Source: Planctomycetia bacterium
Lineage (GTDB): Bacteria > Planctomycetota > Planctomycetia > Pirellulales > UBA7805
DNA: 61,687 bases
Assembly (NCBI GenBank): GCA_021413585.1
Contig: JAIOQB010000204.1
Coordinates: 1-61,687, forward strand
Direction of reading: 5' to 3'
The notes under the pieces are model-generated. The model saw nothing but the letters and a program-made list of their open reading frames with translations. It was not told where the DNA came from and made no database searches. Positions 1-10,358 of the stretch are shown piece after piece. Numbering within the stretch: the stretch's first letter is position 1; each line of letters starts with the position of its first letter. A program made the translations under genes and the position numbers.

Positions 1-4
1 GAAC

Positions 5-28
5 GTGCGTGCTTGCACCTACGCTACG
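5..28 (-). repeat. GTAG-type REP half (degenerate), at window edge
   Basis: GTGCGTGCTTGCACCTACGCTACG resembles the family CGTGGGTGCAAGCACCCACGCTACG. Confidence 0.7.
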
Positions 29-45
29 GTGGCGAAGCGCCTAGG

Positions 46-1092
46 TCATGGTTGCGCTGATAGCATCAGCGTGCTATCGCGGCGTTCGGCCCGAATCGTT
101 CCAGGAAACATTGCCGCGCGTTCGCCTTCGGCCGCATTGGATTGGGCCAGGACGCGAAGTTGCTCCCACTGCTCAAACCCCATCGCCTGCTGCGGCCATT
201 GTTGTTGCGTCCAGAGGGAGACGAACAATTCGCGAACCAGATAAGGGTGAACGTCCGCGAGTTGGCGGCAATCGATCGCGAGATTTGTTGCCGTAGTTGT
301 CGCCGTAGCTTGGGTGCTTGCACCCACAGAATGCATTACGGCTAGGTCGCGAAGGCGATCGACAAGCTCAGTAATGATCTGCCGCTCCTCGCTCGCCAAA
401 GTGGCCAGCCGCAGCACTGCGTCGTCGACATGGGCGTTGTATTGCGTGCGGAGCAGCGGCAGCAGTTCGCGCCGCACGCGGTTGCGCGTGAATCGCACAT
501 CGGCATTCGACGCGTCCTCCCGATACGTTTGGCCAATCGCCGTCAGATAGTCGATCACGTCGGTGCGGCGACAAGTCAGCAGCGGGCGCAGTAGCGTGAC
601 CGCGTCGCCGAGCGAACGGGTGCGCGGGATGCCGGCCAGCCCCGCCACGCCGGTGCCGCGTAGCAATCGCCACAGCACGGTCTCCACCTGGTCGTCGGCC
701 GTGTGCGCGACGGCGACATAGCGAAGCCCCTGCCCTTCCGCCGTTCGTTTGAGGAATGCATAGCGCGCCTCGCGCCCAGTGGTCTCCAACGATTGGCCCG
801 ACCGCGCGGCTTCCGCCGCCACATCCGCGCGTCCGACGTGACATGGAACGGAAAGGCCGCGGCACAGTTCGACCACGAACTGCTCGTCGGCATCCGCCTC
901 CGCACCGCGCAGGCTGTGGTTGAGGTGAGCGACTTGGACCACCTGGCCGTCGGCCGGGCAAAGTGCGGCCATCGCCCGCAGCAGGGCCACACTGTCGGCC
1001 CCGCCGGAAACGCCGATCAATACACCCACCGGCTGCCAATCCGCTGGCGGCCAAACTTCGGCCAGTCGTGTTTCAAAGGGATGCAGAGTCAT
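46..1092 (-). CDS. tilS: tRNA(Ile)-lysidine synthetase
   Basis: PP-loop GVSGGADSVALL, AHLNHSLRG, AVAHTADDQVETVL and RNRVR motifs. Start set at ATG 1092 (MTLHPFE). Contains an in-frame REP at 304-328. Confidence 0.95.
   Translation of the reverse strand: MTLHPFETRLAEVWPPADWQPVGVLIGVSGGADSVALLRAMAALCPADGQVVQVAHLNHSLRGAEADADEQFVVELCRGLSVPCHVGRADVAAEAARSGQSLETTGREARYAFLKRTAEGQGLRYVAVAHTADDQVETVLWRLLRGTGVAGLAGIPRTRSLGDAVTLLRPLLTCRRTDVIDYLTAIGQTYREDASNADVRFTRNRVRRELLPLLRTQYNAHVDDAVLRLATLASEERQIITELVDRLRDLAVMHSVGASTQATATTTATNLAIDCRQLADVHPYLVRELFVSLWTQQQWPQQAMGFEQWEQLRVLAQSNAAEGERAAMFPGTIRAERRDSTLMLSAQP
304..328 (+). repeat. GTAG-type REP inside the tilS coding sequence
   Basis: CGTAGCTTGGGTGCTTGCACCCACA; reads VGASTQATA in the tilS frame. 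Confidence 0.85.
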
Positions 1093-1178
1093 GGTGCGAT
1101 AATATAGACGTTCCAATCCCCCAACATCACCACGAGCCGCACGGTTTGCCCATGCGCAAAAGCCTCCCACCGCGCCCC

Positions 1179-1224
1179 TTTCACACCTTTTTTCACACTG
1201 CATTTCACACCATTCTTTCACACC
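1179..1224. repeat. TTCACAC/GTGTGAA short tandem array
   Basis: Four TTCACAC units upstream of tilS. Confidence 0.75.
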
Positions 1225-1569
1225 TCCCTGCCCCTCCCGCCTATTTGCAGTTTGATAAAACTCTGATACGATGCCTGATGTGCGCAAGCGCCAAGCAGTA
1301 TTGATATGTCCCGCCCCGTGCCTGGCACACAGCAAGAAGTTAAATTAAGTCGAATTCGTAAGTTAAGTATTGTCCTCGGCAGGCGTAAGGACGCGGCCGG
1401 GTGGCGAATGGCGAGTTAATGTCGAGAATCGTGTTAGAAAGATTGAGTCAACAGCGGCGAAACGTATTCGGGCACAACGATATGAACCTGTTATTGTTCC
1501 TCTGGAATCTGGTGGTTGGTTGTCTGGGCCAGTTCCAGACCGCGGATCGTCAACAACATGCCACTAGTG

Positions 1570-1749
1570 GCGTGCGGGGGTTGCCCGGAAACTGCAAGCG
1601 GCGGACTTGGCCCATGGTCCTGTTCAGTCGCTTGTCGCCGATAGGTTGGTTGAACCGCATGAGCGATTTTGAACGAGCGATTTGTCTGCACGATTCGTGG
1701 GCCTTCGTCGGCAGTTGCCGGGAGGGCGAATCGCCGGGCCTCCGTGTGC
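1570..1749 (+). ncRNA. ssrS: probable 6S RNA
   Basis: About 180-nt rod folded by eye: GCGTGCGGGGG/CCTCCGTGTGC, CCCGG-AACTGC/GCAGTT-CCGGG, CGGCGGA/TTCGTCG, GCCCATGG/TCGTGGGC, GTTCA-GTCGCT/AGCGAT-TGAAC, with internal bubbles. Many G-U pairs favour the + strand. Lies upstream of rny-ymdB, a common 6S locus. Confidence 0.55.
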
Positions 1750-2025
1750 GCGCCTGGTGCGCGGCGCCGGCGGTCGCATGGCGGCCGGTGGGGCGCCTTG
1801 TTAGACCGGATATCACTCGTCGAAACAGGTCGGTTTAGTTTCAGTCGAACTCTTCCATTGATTTTCTGACGTTTCGTCAGCGGGCACTGTAGTCCCGTCG
1901 CCGCTCTAGGCTGATTTGTCCCGTTTTGAGACGGCCGGCTTTGCCCGACGCTCTCTAACGAGCCGTACGCTCGCCGGGGATTTCACTCCCATCAGCCGCC
2001 ATGGCGGCAAGGAGCGGTAATCCCC

Positions 2026-3603
2026 ATGCACCTGGTTCTGTTTGCCCTAGCGATTGACGCTATCTATGTGATCATCGCCGTTGCCGTGGCGGTGGTGGCC
2101 TCGGCCGGCACGATCAAATTCATCGATCACCTGCGCAAGAAGGACGTGGAGACCGAAGCCAAGAACATGCTCGATCGGGCCCGAGCGGAGATCGACAGCC
2201 AGCGGAAAGAGTCCGAGCTGGCCATCAAAGAGCAGACGATCCAGCAGAAGGCCGACTCCGAGGCCGAGTTGTCCAAGGCCCGCCAGGAGGTTCACGAGCG
2301 CGAACGCCACCTCGACAAACGTGAAGACAGCCAGGAGCAGCAGGCCGAACAATTGCGCAAGCAAGAACGAATGGTCGAAGCCTCGCAGCGCAAACTTGCG
2401 GAAAAAATCGAGGACGCCACCCGCCGCAATGACGAACTGACAAAGCTGCTCGATCTGGAACGGCAAACGCTGCATCAGCTTAGCGGACTCAGCCGGGACG
2501 AGGCTACACGTAAGTTGTTGGATATGCTCGACCAGGAACTGACCCGCCAAAGCGGCGCGATCATCCTCAAGCACGAGCGCCGCCTGGCGGAAATCACCGA
2601 GGCCAAGGCCCGCGAAGTGCTGCTGACCTCGATCCAGCGCTTCGCCGCGGCTCACACGGCCGAATCGACCACCAGTTCGGTCGATATTCCCAACGACGAA
2701 ATGAAGGGCCGGATCATTGGCCGCGAAGGGCGCAACATCCGAGCGTTTGAAAAGGCCACCGGCGTCGACGTGTTGATCGACGACACGCCGGGCATTGTGA
2801 TCGTTAGCGCCTTCGATCCGGTTCGCCGCGAGGTGGCTCGGCTGTCGCTCAACAAACTGATTGCCGACGGCCGCATTCATCCTGGGCGCATCGACGAGAT
2901 TGCCGTCGAAACCCAGCGCGAAATGGAAATCCACATCCAGAAGCAAGGGGCCGAAGCGGTTCAAGAAGCCCAGGTGCATGGCCTGCACGAGCGGCTGATT
3001 CATCTGCTGGGCCGGCTCAAGTTCCGCACCAGCTACAGCCAAAACGTCCTGCGGCATTCCATTGAGGTCGCCTTCCTCTCTGGGCAGATTGCAGAAGAAC
3101 TGGGCATGGACGGCACGCTGGCCCGCCGCTGCGGGTTGCTGCACGACATCGGCAAAGCGGCCGACCACGAGGCGGAGGGAGGCCACCCGAAGATCGGCGC
3201 CGAGTTGCTCAAGCGTTATGGCGAGCGGCCCGAGGTGGTTCACGCTGCCCTGGGACATCACGACGACATCCGGCCCGAGCACCCGTACACCGTGATCGTC
3301 GCTGCAGCCGACGCTTGCAGCGCCTCGCGCCCCGGCGCACGGCGCGAATCTCTGGAGCGCTACATCAAGCGGATGGAGGAATTGGAAAAGATCGCCTGCG
3401 GCTTCCCGGGCGTCCAGCAAGCCTTCGCCATCCAGGCGGGGCGCGAGGTGCGTGTGATCGCCAGTTCCCGCGATACGACCGACGAATCGGCCGCCAAGAT
3501 CTGCCGCGACATTGCCACGGCCTTTGAGCAGCAATTGACGTATCCCGGCGAAATCAAGGTCACCATGATTCGCGAAACGCGGATGACGGAAACGGCGAAA
3601 TGA
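2026..3603 (+). CDS. rny: ribonuclease Y
   Basis: N-terminal TM and coiled coil, KH motif [14 protein letters not shown] motif [16 protein letters not shown]. Confidence 0.97.
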   Translation: MHLVLFALAIDAIYVIIAVAVAVVASAGTIKFIDHLRKKDVETEAKNMLDRARAEIDSQRKESELAIKEQTIQQKADSEAELSKARQEVHERERHLDKREDSQEQQAEQLRKQERMVEASQRKLAEKIEDATRRNDELTKLLDLERQTLHQLSGLSRDEATRKLLDMLDQELTRQSGAIILKHERRLAEITEAKAREVLLTSIQRFAAAHTAESTTSSVDIPNDEMKGRIIGREGRNIRAFEKATGVDVLIDDTPGIVIVSAFDPVRREVARLSLNKLIADGRIHPGRIDEIAVETQREMEIHIQKQGAEAVQEAQVHGLHERLIHLLGRLKFRTSYSQNVLRHSIEVAFLSGQIAEELGMDGTLARRCGLLHDIGKAADHEAEGGHPKIGAELLKRYGERPEVVHAALGHHDDIRPEHPYTVIVAAADACSASRPGARRESLERYIKRMEELEKIACGFPGVQQAFAIQAGREVRVIASSRDTTDESAAKICRDIATAFEQQLTYPGEIKVTMIRETRMTETAK

Positions 3604-3722
3604 CAATGTGTCGCAACTTACTCACTGAGCGCGGGCGGGTTACAATCGAAAGCGAATAGGACTTATTTGGACCGAGATTCCGGCCGGGAACTGTCGCGTT
3701 TACAAGTTGGGGAACTCACCGC

Positions 3723-4556
3723 GTGCGAATCTTGTTGATTGGCGATATTGTCGGCAAACCGGGAAGGCAGATTGTTGGGCACGCGCTCAAGGGGCTAATC
3801 GTTCGCGAGGGCTTGGACTTTGTCGTGGCCAACGCTGAGAACGCGGCGGCCGGTTCGGGGCTGACGCCGGCCAACTACGAAGAGCTGATCGCCGCCGGCG
3901 TGGATTGCATCACGCTGGGGGACCATATTTATCGCCGCAAGGAGATCGGCCGGATTCTGGAGACGCGCAACAACATTGTGCGGCCTGCTAATTTTCCGCC
4001 CGAGTCGACCGGCCGCGAGCTGGCGGTGGTCACCAGCCGCCGGGGCGTGCAGGTGGCGGTGCTGAGCCTGCTGGGGCGGGTGTTCATGCGGCCAGTCGAT
4101 TGCCCCTTCCACGCGGCCGATCGAGTGCTGACCAAGCTCGGCAGTGGGGCCCTTGGCAGTGGGGCCAAGGTGATTCTGGTCGATTTTCACGCCGAGGCGA
4201 CCAGCGACAAGCAGTTGATGGGCCGCTATCTAGACGGCCGGGTCTCGGCCGTGCTGGGGACGCACACGCACGTGCCGACTGCGGACGAGACGATTCTGCC
4301 CGGCGGCACGGCGTTTCAATGCGATGTGGGCATGACCGGCCCGTACGAAAGCATCCTAGGCCGGCGAATCGACCGGGTGCTGGAAACCACGCGGACGTTC
4401 AATCCCACCGACTTTGAAGTGGCCAGCGACGACGTGCGAATCAGCGGTTCGGTGGTGGACGTGGATGAAGCCACCGGTCGGGCCACCGCGATCCGCCGGC
4501 TGGTTGTGCGGCAGGATGAGGCGAAGCAATTGTCGAACAAGTCGGCCGTGCTGTAG
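3723..4556 (+). CDS. ymdB: YmdB/TIGR00282 metallophosphoesterase
   Basis: GDIVG, NAENAAAG, TLGDH, VDFHAEATS and GTHTH motifs; follows rny. Confidence 0.95.
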   Translation: MRILLIGDIVGKPGRQIVGHALKGLIVREGLDFVVANAENAAAGSGLTPANYEELIAAGVDCITLGDHIYRRKEIGRILETRNNIVRPANFPPESTGRELAVVTSRRGVQVAVLSLLGRVFMRPVDCPFHAADRVLTKLGSGALGSGAKVILVDFHAEATSDKQLMGRYLDGRVSAVLGTHTHVPTADETILPGGTAFQCDVGMTGPYESILGRRIDRVLETTRTFNPTDFEVASDDVRISGSVVDVDEATGRATAIRRLVVRQDEAKQLSNKSAVL

Positions 4557-4562
4557 GCACAG

Positions 4563-4620
4563 CGTAGCGTGGGTGCTTGCACCCACGTCTTCAGTTCTCG
4601 TGGGTGCAAGCACTCACGCG
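4563..4620. repeat. GTAG REP inverted pair (REPIN-like)
   Basis: CGTAGCGTGGGTGCTTGCACCCACG ... CGTGGGTGCAAGCACTCACGCG. Confidence 0.9.
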
Positions 4621-4778
4621 AAGGTCGAATCGGCCTTGCCGGGGATGGCAGGTTCGATTATCGTCCCGCACCTTATCTGCCCGTCAGGGAGTTTCGTGCC
4701 GGCTTTGTCGCGTTGGCGACCAGCGATCGCACGCACTCCGCTTCAATCCACTTCGCCCGTTCGAGCGAGAACAGAACG

Positions 4779-5429
4779 ATGACTTATCGCGCAAAATCGA
4801 TGCGGCCGCTGTCGTGGATGTTGCTGGCCGTGATGGTCTCGCCGCTATGCGGGGCGGGCTGCACACTGTTGGCCACGGGGTTGTATATCTTCAATCCCAA
4901 CGATTCACCGGCGGAGTATCCCGGGCTCAAGCAGCAGCGCGTGGCAGTCGTGTGCCGCGCGGCGACGTCGCTGGAGTTGGAAGCGGCCAGCACGACCGAC
5001 GAACTGGCCCGCCAGGTGGCGGCGATCCTGAAGAAGGAAGTTACCAAGATCCATCTCGTTCCGCAGAAGGAAGTGAACGATTGGATGGACAACAACGAAA
5101 TGAAGTCGTACGTCGAGCTGGGCAAGGCGCTAAAGGTGGACCGCGTGGTGGCGATCGATCTCGACCGGCTGTCGCTCTACGACGGCCGGACGCTGTTCCA
5201 AGGGAAGTGCCAGGCCCACCTGACGGTGTATGACGTGGAAACCGGCGAGGCGACCGAGCTGAAGCTGCTCAGCACCGCCTATCCGCCGCGCAACGGCGTG
5301 CCCACCGATATTCCCGAGCAGCAATTCCGCCAGAAGTTTGTGTCGATCGTGGCGGGCCAAATCGCCCGACGGTTCCACTCGTTCGATTCGCGAATGCTGG
5401 GCGACGATCAGTTCTATCGGGAAGAATAA
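4779..5429 (+). CDS. hypothetical lipoprotein
   Basis: Signal peptide with lipobox GAGC; start moved to ATG 4779 because the upstream part of the ORF is REP-derived. Confidence 0.75.
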   Translation: MTYRAKSMRPLSWMLLAVMVSPLCGAGCTLLATGLYIFNPNDSPAEYPGLKQQRVAVVCRAATSLELEAASTTDELARQVAAILKKEVTKIHLVPQKEVNDWMDNNEMKSYVELGKALKVDRVVAIDLDRLSLYDGRTLFQGKCQAHLTVYDVETGEATELKLLSTAYPPRNGVPTDIPEQQFRQKFVSIVAGQIARRFHSFDSRMLGDDQFYREE

Positions 5430-5430
5430 T

Positions 5431-5499
5431 CGTAGCGTGGGTGCTTGCACCCACGAGGAATCGTGGCCGAAGTTCCGTGGGTGCAAGCACCCACGCTAC
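5431..5499. repeat. GTAG REP inverted pair between convergent genes
   Basis: Two perfect inverted units with a spacer of about 20 nt. Confidence 0.92.
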
Positions 5500-5503
5500 C
5501 ACT

Positions 5504-7537
5504 CTATAGCTTTGGTGGCGGCCGAGTTACCTTCTGCGGGATCATGTTCCGTTGGTCGTCGCGCGGTTTTGGCGGGGGCTTGTTGTTATTGTTCGCCTGC
5601 GCCACTTGAGGCGGGTTCACGTTGGTGAACGATTCGCGCCACTCCCAACCCAGCGGGTCGGCCAATTCCTGCGAGGCCAGCAAGGCCCAGGGGGTGTTGG
5701 GGTGATCCTCGACGACGCGATTCAGATACGTTTCGGCCTGCTGCGCTTCCTTCTCAACCGCGCTGCCGGCGTGGACTTCGCGCGACGGCCGTAGATCCCA
5801 GGTGTCGCTCTTTGGGCTTTGGAACTTCATCCCCCGCTTCGCCTTGGCCAGCATCAGGTTGTAACCCTCGGTGCGGACCTTCAGCGCCAGGGCCTGGCCC
5901 ATCGCCAGATCGTAGCCCGCCTGCCAGCGGGGCTCGGTTAGCTTGTCGCGATCCATCTTGCCAGTGACCAGCGCAGAGTAAACGGCCTGCACTTTCGGCT
6001 CAAGCTTGGCCGCTTGTTGTTGAGCGGCGCTGAGCTGCCGCGAAAGGTCTGCCTCGTCGCGCCGCGGGAAGTGCAACTTGGGATCGCTGATCGGATTGAC
6101 CCAGGTCAGGCCGGCCGCAGTGCTCAAGGCCATTTTGGCACGATTGGATTTCAGTCTTCTTTTATACTCATCACCGGTGACATAGTCGGGCCGATACTTG
6201 CGCATCACGTCGGCATCGAAGAAGCGTTCCAGAAACGACGACAGGTTGGGGATCTCATCGCGCCGCACGGGCCGGCCGTCGGTGCGGCGGGCGGGGTGGA
6301 CGGTGAAATATAGGCCGCCGGTGGAGACCGCCAGCCGAGTCAGGCTGAACGGCCCGAAGCCCGAATCGAGCGGCTCTTCATGGTGGCGGCGCCCCGTGTA
6401 GCCAATTTTCAACCGCTCCGGCCAGAAAGACTCTGGCCCCTGGTTAAGCGTGGGCCACTGGGGTTCCTGATTGTAGCGAGGGTCGGGGTCCACCCACTTC
6501 ACTTCGACTTCCTTGCGGCCAAACGGGGCCGGCACGCCGACGATGAAATTGCGCACGCTGTACTTGCGGCAGGTGGCCACCGCCACGTCGAGCATTTTGT
6601 CGGCGTCGTCCCCGGACTCGTCCGTAAACGTGATGAAGATCACGTTGCGCGGGGAATCGCCCATCGTGTAGGACTTATACTCCTCGGCGGCACGGGTGAT
6701 GGTGGTGAAGGTGTACTCGTCGCCGCTGTTGTCGTCCTTGATCGAGGCGATGGCGGCCTTGATTTCGGAGAGTTGGTCCGTGGGGCGCGGCGTGAGGAAA
6801 TGATAATCCTTCGCGTAGGCGATGACCGACGTTAGCAGCGGCTTGTCGTGGTGCTTCGCAAAGGCCGGATGCTGGCTCGCTTCGACCACGCCCAATTCTT
6901 CGTAGATCCGATCGAGCCGCTTATAAATCGCCGCGCGCTGGGCGGAGAGGCTCAACGACTGATCGAACATCCAAACGACCAGCGTCTTGCGCTGCTCCAT
7001 GGAATCGAGCAGTTCGCGCGTGATTCGGTCGACCGCCCCGGCGGCGCCGGTCGTGCCGACGCCCGCCGCTCCCTGGCGCAGCAGGGTCTCGCTGAGTTCG
7101 GTGCCGGAGGAAGAGCCGATCAAACTCTGCACGGCGATGGTGCCATTGCCATTTTCCACGGTAGGCAATTCGACGGTCGGCGCGGCAGTGCCGGCTGACG
7201 CGCCGAGTTGCGAAATGTCCGTTTCGACGGCACCCAGCGAGTCGGCCGTAGTCAGGCCGCCGGCGCTGTTTGAGCCGACTTCCTTCGTGTTCAACTCGGA
7301 ATAGGAAAACTCCTGCGGGGCTTCAAAGTCTTCATGAACCGGGACGGTCGAGAATTCGACGCCGGACGACGTTTCGCGGACCGCGCTGGCCAGTGTGGCA
7401 GTCAGCAGAATCAGCAGACCCAAGTGAACCGTGAGGCTGATCAGCCAGGCCGGCGCGTCGCCGTCGAACGGCGTTTCTTCCTGGCCGGTCCGAGCCTGCC
7501 ACCACTTTCGCAGCCAGCTAACAGGGTTCACGATCAT
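5504..7537 (-). CDS. membrane-anchored vWA domain protein (planctomycete type)
   Basis: TM WLISLTVHLGLLILL; MIDAS-like FDQSLS...T...FTDE. Confidence 0.85.
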   Translation of the reverse strand: MIVNPVSWLRKWWQARTGQEETPFDGDAPAWLISLTVHLGLLILLTATLASAVRETSSGVEFSTVPVHEDFEAPQEFSYSELNTKEVGSNSAGGLTTADSLGAVETDISQLGASAGTAAPTVELPTVENGNGTIAVQSLIGSSSGTELSETLLRQGAAGVGTTGAAGAVDRITRELLDSMEQRKTLVVWMFDQSLSLSAQRAAIYKRLDRIYEELGVVEASQHPAFAKHHDKPLLTSVIAYAKDYHFLTPRPTDQLSEIKAAIASIKDDNSGDEYTFTTITRAAEEYKSYTMGDSPRNVIFITFTDESGDDADKMLDVAVATCRKYSVRNFIVGVPAPFGRKEVEVKWVDPDPRYNQEPQWPTLNQGPESFWPERLKIGYTGRRHHEEPLDSGFGPFSLTRLAVSTGGLYFTVHPARRTDGRPVRRDEIPNLSSFLERFFDADVMRKYRPDYVTGDEYKRRLKSNRAKMALSTAAGLTWVNPISDPKLHFPRRDEADLSRQLSAAQQQAAKLEPKVQAVYSALVTGKMDRDKLTEPRWQAGYDLAMGQALALKVRTEGYNLMLAKAKRGMKFQSPKSDTWDLRPSREVHAGSAVEKEAQQAETYLNRVVEDHPNTPWALLASQELADPLGWEWRESFTNVNPPQVAQANNNNKPPPKPRDDQRNMIPQKVTRPPPKL

Positions 7538-7861
7538 TTGCTCCTAAACCCGCACTCCTGAATCGACAGGCCAATCCCCTGCCTGTCGATTTTCCCCTAC
7601 GCCTTCAACACCACGCAGCGGCCAAGGTAACGTACCGCCGCCACTTGCCTCGCCGATTCCAACTCTCGCTGGTTAAAGCCATCGGAATCCGTATCGCTTC
7701 GGGCATCGCCGCATTGACGGCCCAAATCCGCCTATCTACCATGATTGTAGCAGGTTAAGGCCATTCTGCACCTGCAATGCTCACATTAAGTTTCGCGGCT
7801 GGCGCCGGCATCGACTGGCGCGGGCTGCCCCGGCGACGGCTCTTCCAGGGGTCCATCGAAT

Positions 7862-8866
7862 ATGACGATCAAAGAACACAAGTCGTTCCTGCCGGCCCAA
7901 CTAGTTTGGGTGCTGATCGCAGCGATTCTCGGCAGCCTGCTGGCCACCCACTGGTCGGCCAGCGCCGAGGCCGCCCCCGCGCCGACCCCGCCGAAAAAAG
8001 CGGCCAAAGCGGACCCGGAGGAAGAAGAGCCGCCGCCGGACCCCGCCGCGGTCAGCCTCGACACCAAGGACGGCATGGCACTCAAGGCTACGTTCTACGG
8101 CAGCAACAAGGGGAAGAAGGCGGTGCCGGTAATCATCCTGCACGAATGGAACGGATCGCGCGAGGCATATAAGGACCTCGCCTTGTACTTGCAGTCCAAA
8201 GGATGTGCCGTGCTGGTGCCCGATCTGCGGGGGCACGGCGAAAGCACCCAGTTTCATCCCGGCGGGCAGGAGAGGGCGGTCACGCTGGTGGCCAACAAGG
8301 TCAAAAAGGCTGAAATCCAGTCGATGGTCACCGAAGACTTGGAAGCCATCAAGCGGTTTCTGATGACCAAGAACAACGCGGGCGAATTGAATATCGAAAA
8401 ACTATGCGTCGTCGGCTCGGAAATGGGGGCCGTGGTGGCCGCCAATTGGGCCGTGCTCGATTGGAGCTGGCCAAAGTTACCCACCTACAAGCAAGGGCAA
8501 GACGTCAAAGCCTTGGTGCTGATCTCGCCCGAATGGGCAGTGCGCGGCATGGGGCTGAGCACGACGCTCGACAACTCGAAGTTGCAGCAGGAACTATCGA
8601 TGATGATCTTGGTCGGCGGCAAAGATCGCAAGGCGCAGCAAGGGGCGGAGCGGATCAACGGCGCCATCAAACGCTTCCATCCCGAGCCGAGCGCCAAAGA
8701 AGCTCGTGAGAAGAAGACGCTGTTCTTCCTCTCCCTGCCCACTTCGTTGCAAGGGGCCAAGCTGGTCAATCAGCCCGAGATGAAGGCCAATCAATTGATC
8801 GCCGGCTTTATCGAAGCCCGGCTGGCCAGCAAGCCGTTTGAATGGACGGAACGGAAAAGGCCGTAG
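7862..8866 (+). CDS. exported alpha/beta-hydrolase-fold protein, degenerate active site
   Basis: LHEWNG, PDLRGHGES; the nucleophile elbow reads GSEMG. Confidence 0.8.
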   Translation: MTIKEHKSFLPAQLVWVLIAAILGSLLATHWSASAEAAPAPTPPKKAAKADPEEEEPPPDPAAVSLDTKDGMALKATFYGSNKGKKAVPVIILHEWNGSREAYKDLALYLQSKGCAVLVPDLRGHGESTQFHPGGQERAVTLVANKVKKAEIQSMVTEDLEAIKRFLMTKNNAGELNIEKLCVVGSEMGAVVAANWAVLDWSWPKLPTYKQGQDVKALVLISPEWAVRGMGLSTTLDNSKLQQELSMMILVGGKDRKAQQGAERINGAIKRFHPEPSAKEAREKKTLFFLSLPTSLQGAKLVNQPEMKANQLIAGFIEARLASKPFEWTERKRP

Positions 8867-8924
8867 GGTGGGTACTTGCACCCACGGACTTCCCGAATGC
8901 CGTGGGTGCAAGCACCCACGCTAC
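8862..8924. repeat. GTAG REP inverted pair
   Basis: The TAG in the left GTAG is the stop codon of 7862-8866. Confidence 0.92.
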
Positions 8925-9791
8925 CTACCGTGTCGACTTGTCGCTCGCCGGCTGACTCTTGAGCACTCCGGGTGGAATCGGCATGAGGTCCGACGACCAG
9001 CCGACAGGCGTGGTCGGCCGGGAGGCACTGGCTGGCGTCGCGATCACGGGCGCTGCGACCTGGGCGCTGGCCGACCTGGAGTTCAGCGGCGGAATCCGCA
9101 GCGTCGTGCCGATCGGCAGCATGTCCGCGTTGCGCAGCGCGGTACGATTCGCTTCGTACACGTCGACGAACCGGCCGGAATCTCCCAGGTAATGGGCGGC
9201 CAGCGACGATAAGGTGTCGCCGTCCACCACGACGTGAGTCCGCCACTCGTTTGGATCTGGGGCCAGGAAGCCCGTGCCGGGACGCTCTTCGGCCGGATCG
9301 TCCTCGTCCGCCTCGGTTGCATCTTCTGCACGCACGGCTTTGGCAACTGCCTGGCTGCCTGAGAGCCGCTGCGGCGCAATATCGCCGCGGACTGCGGTGT
9401 CGCTTGGATTGACGGCGCGTGGCCATTCGCCCGTCGCGGCAGTTTTGTTTGCCGACGAGTTATTCGCGGGCATGAAAGAAAACACCGACGGCAACTCAGG
9501 AGCCGTGGGAGGGGATTTCTGCGCGGGAGGGCGCACGGGGATTCGACTAGGCGGTGGCGTGCTGTCTGCAACCGCCGGTGTCAAGGGAATGGGGAGCGGC
9601 ACGCCTTGCGGCGCTTGCGAATCGGCGCGGCCAATCGCTTGAACGCCCCCCGGAGCGCGCCGCGGCAGTGGGGCCGCGTTCGAGATGGCGGAATCCGTGC
9701 CGTCTTCGGCCGGTTTGCGAAACGCATAGGCGGAAAACCCGCCGGCAGCGACCACGCTGATTACGATTAGACTTTTCTTCAAGGGACTCAT
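8925..9791 (-). CDS. LysM domain protein
   Basis: HVVVDGDTLSSLAAHYLGD...YEAN...LPIGTTLRIP; N-terminal anchor; start at MSPLKK. Confidence 0.88.
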   Translation of the reverse strand: MSPLKKSLIVISVVAAGGFSAYAFRKPAEDGTDSAISNAAPLPRRAPGGVQAIGRADSQAPQGVPLPIPLTPAVADSTPPPSRIPVRPPAQKSPPTAPELPSVFSFMPANNSSANKTAATGEWPRAVNPSDTAVRGDIAPQRLSGSQAVAKAVRAEDATEADEDDPAEERPGTGFLAPDPNEWRTHVVVDGDTLSSLAAHYLGDSGRFVDVYEANRTALRNADMLPIGTTLRIPPLNSRSASAQVAAPVIATPASASRPTTPVGWSSDLMPIPPGVLKSQPASDKSTR

Positions 9792-10358
9792 CCGACAACT
9801 CTCCGGTTCGCAATGCGCCTCGTCAGCCCATTGGCTCCGCGAGCGCCGTGGCGCTGTGGAACCGTGTGGACCTGTCCTTCGTGAGGCAAGCAAAGCAGCT
9901 ACCGTGCTGCCGAAAACGTCCGCTGGTGATACTGATTCAAAGGCCGGGTTAACTCGTCTGACGCATGGTTGCGCCGCAGCGGCACTGTGGCCAGACACTC
10001 AAAATATACACCGCTGCGCCACAGAGGCGAGGGGGAACGCAATGCATTTGCCCATTGACGCACACTCGCCGCGCAAATGCGCGGATCAGGTTCACCTTGC
10101 GGCGCGGCGAGTTTGCCTGTTGGGCAAACTTTAGCGACAGGGAAAAGGCAGGCCTATTGGACGACCACCAGCCGCGGGATTTGGCCCCGTGAGACCTTGA
10201 TGTTCGTTTCATGGCGCCGTGCGATGGAACCAAAACCTGTCGGACCACGTCTGAAGCAGCGAAATCAATTCGAATCGGCCACTGACGACGGCCGCGCGAT
10301 GGACGGGGGGAAACCGCGCGCATTGGCTCAAGGGGCGAAATCAGAAAGGATCCACACC

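Noticed and set aside
46-1092. Functional link between tilS and the UAU tRNA
   Set aside because: They are 59 kb apart; tilS is core, looks intact and acts on CAU anticodons. Co-occurrence in the window is probably chance.
4569-4778. ORF extensions beginning MGACTH, VGASTH or MHPR
   Set aside because: They are translations of the GTAG REP, not real N-termini.
10112-10188. c-di-GMP-I (GEMM) riboswitch-like GGCAAAC...GCGA segment before the STN gene
   Set aside because: It lacks the GACGCAAAGC core, and GGCAAAC is explained by a local AGTTTGCC/GGCAAACT palindrome. An Infernal RF01051 search would settle it.
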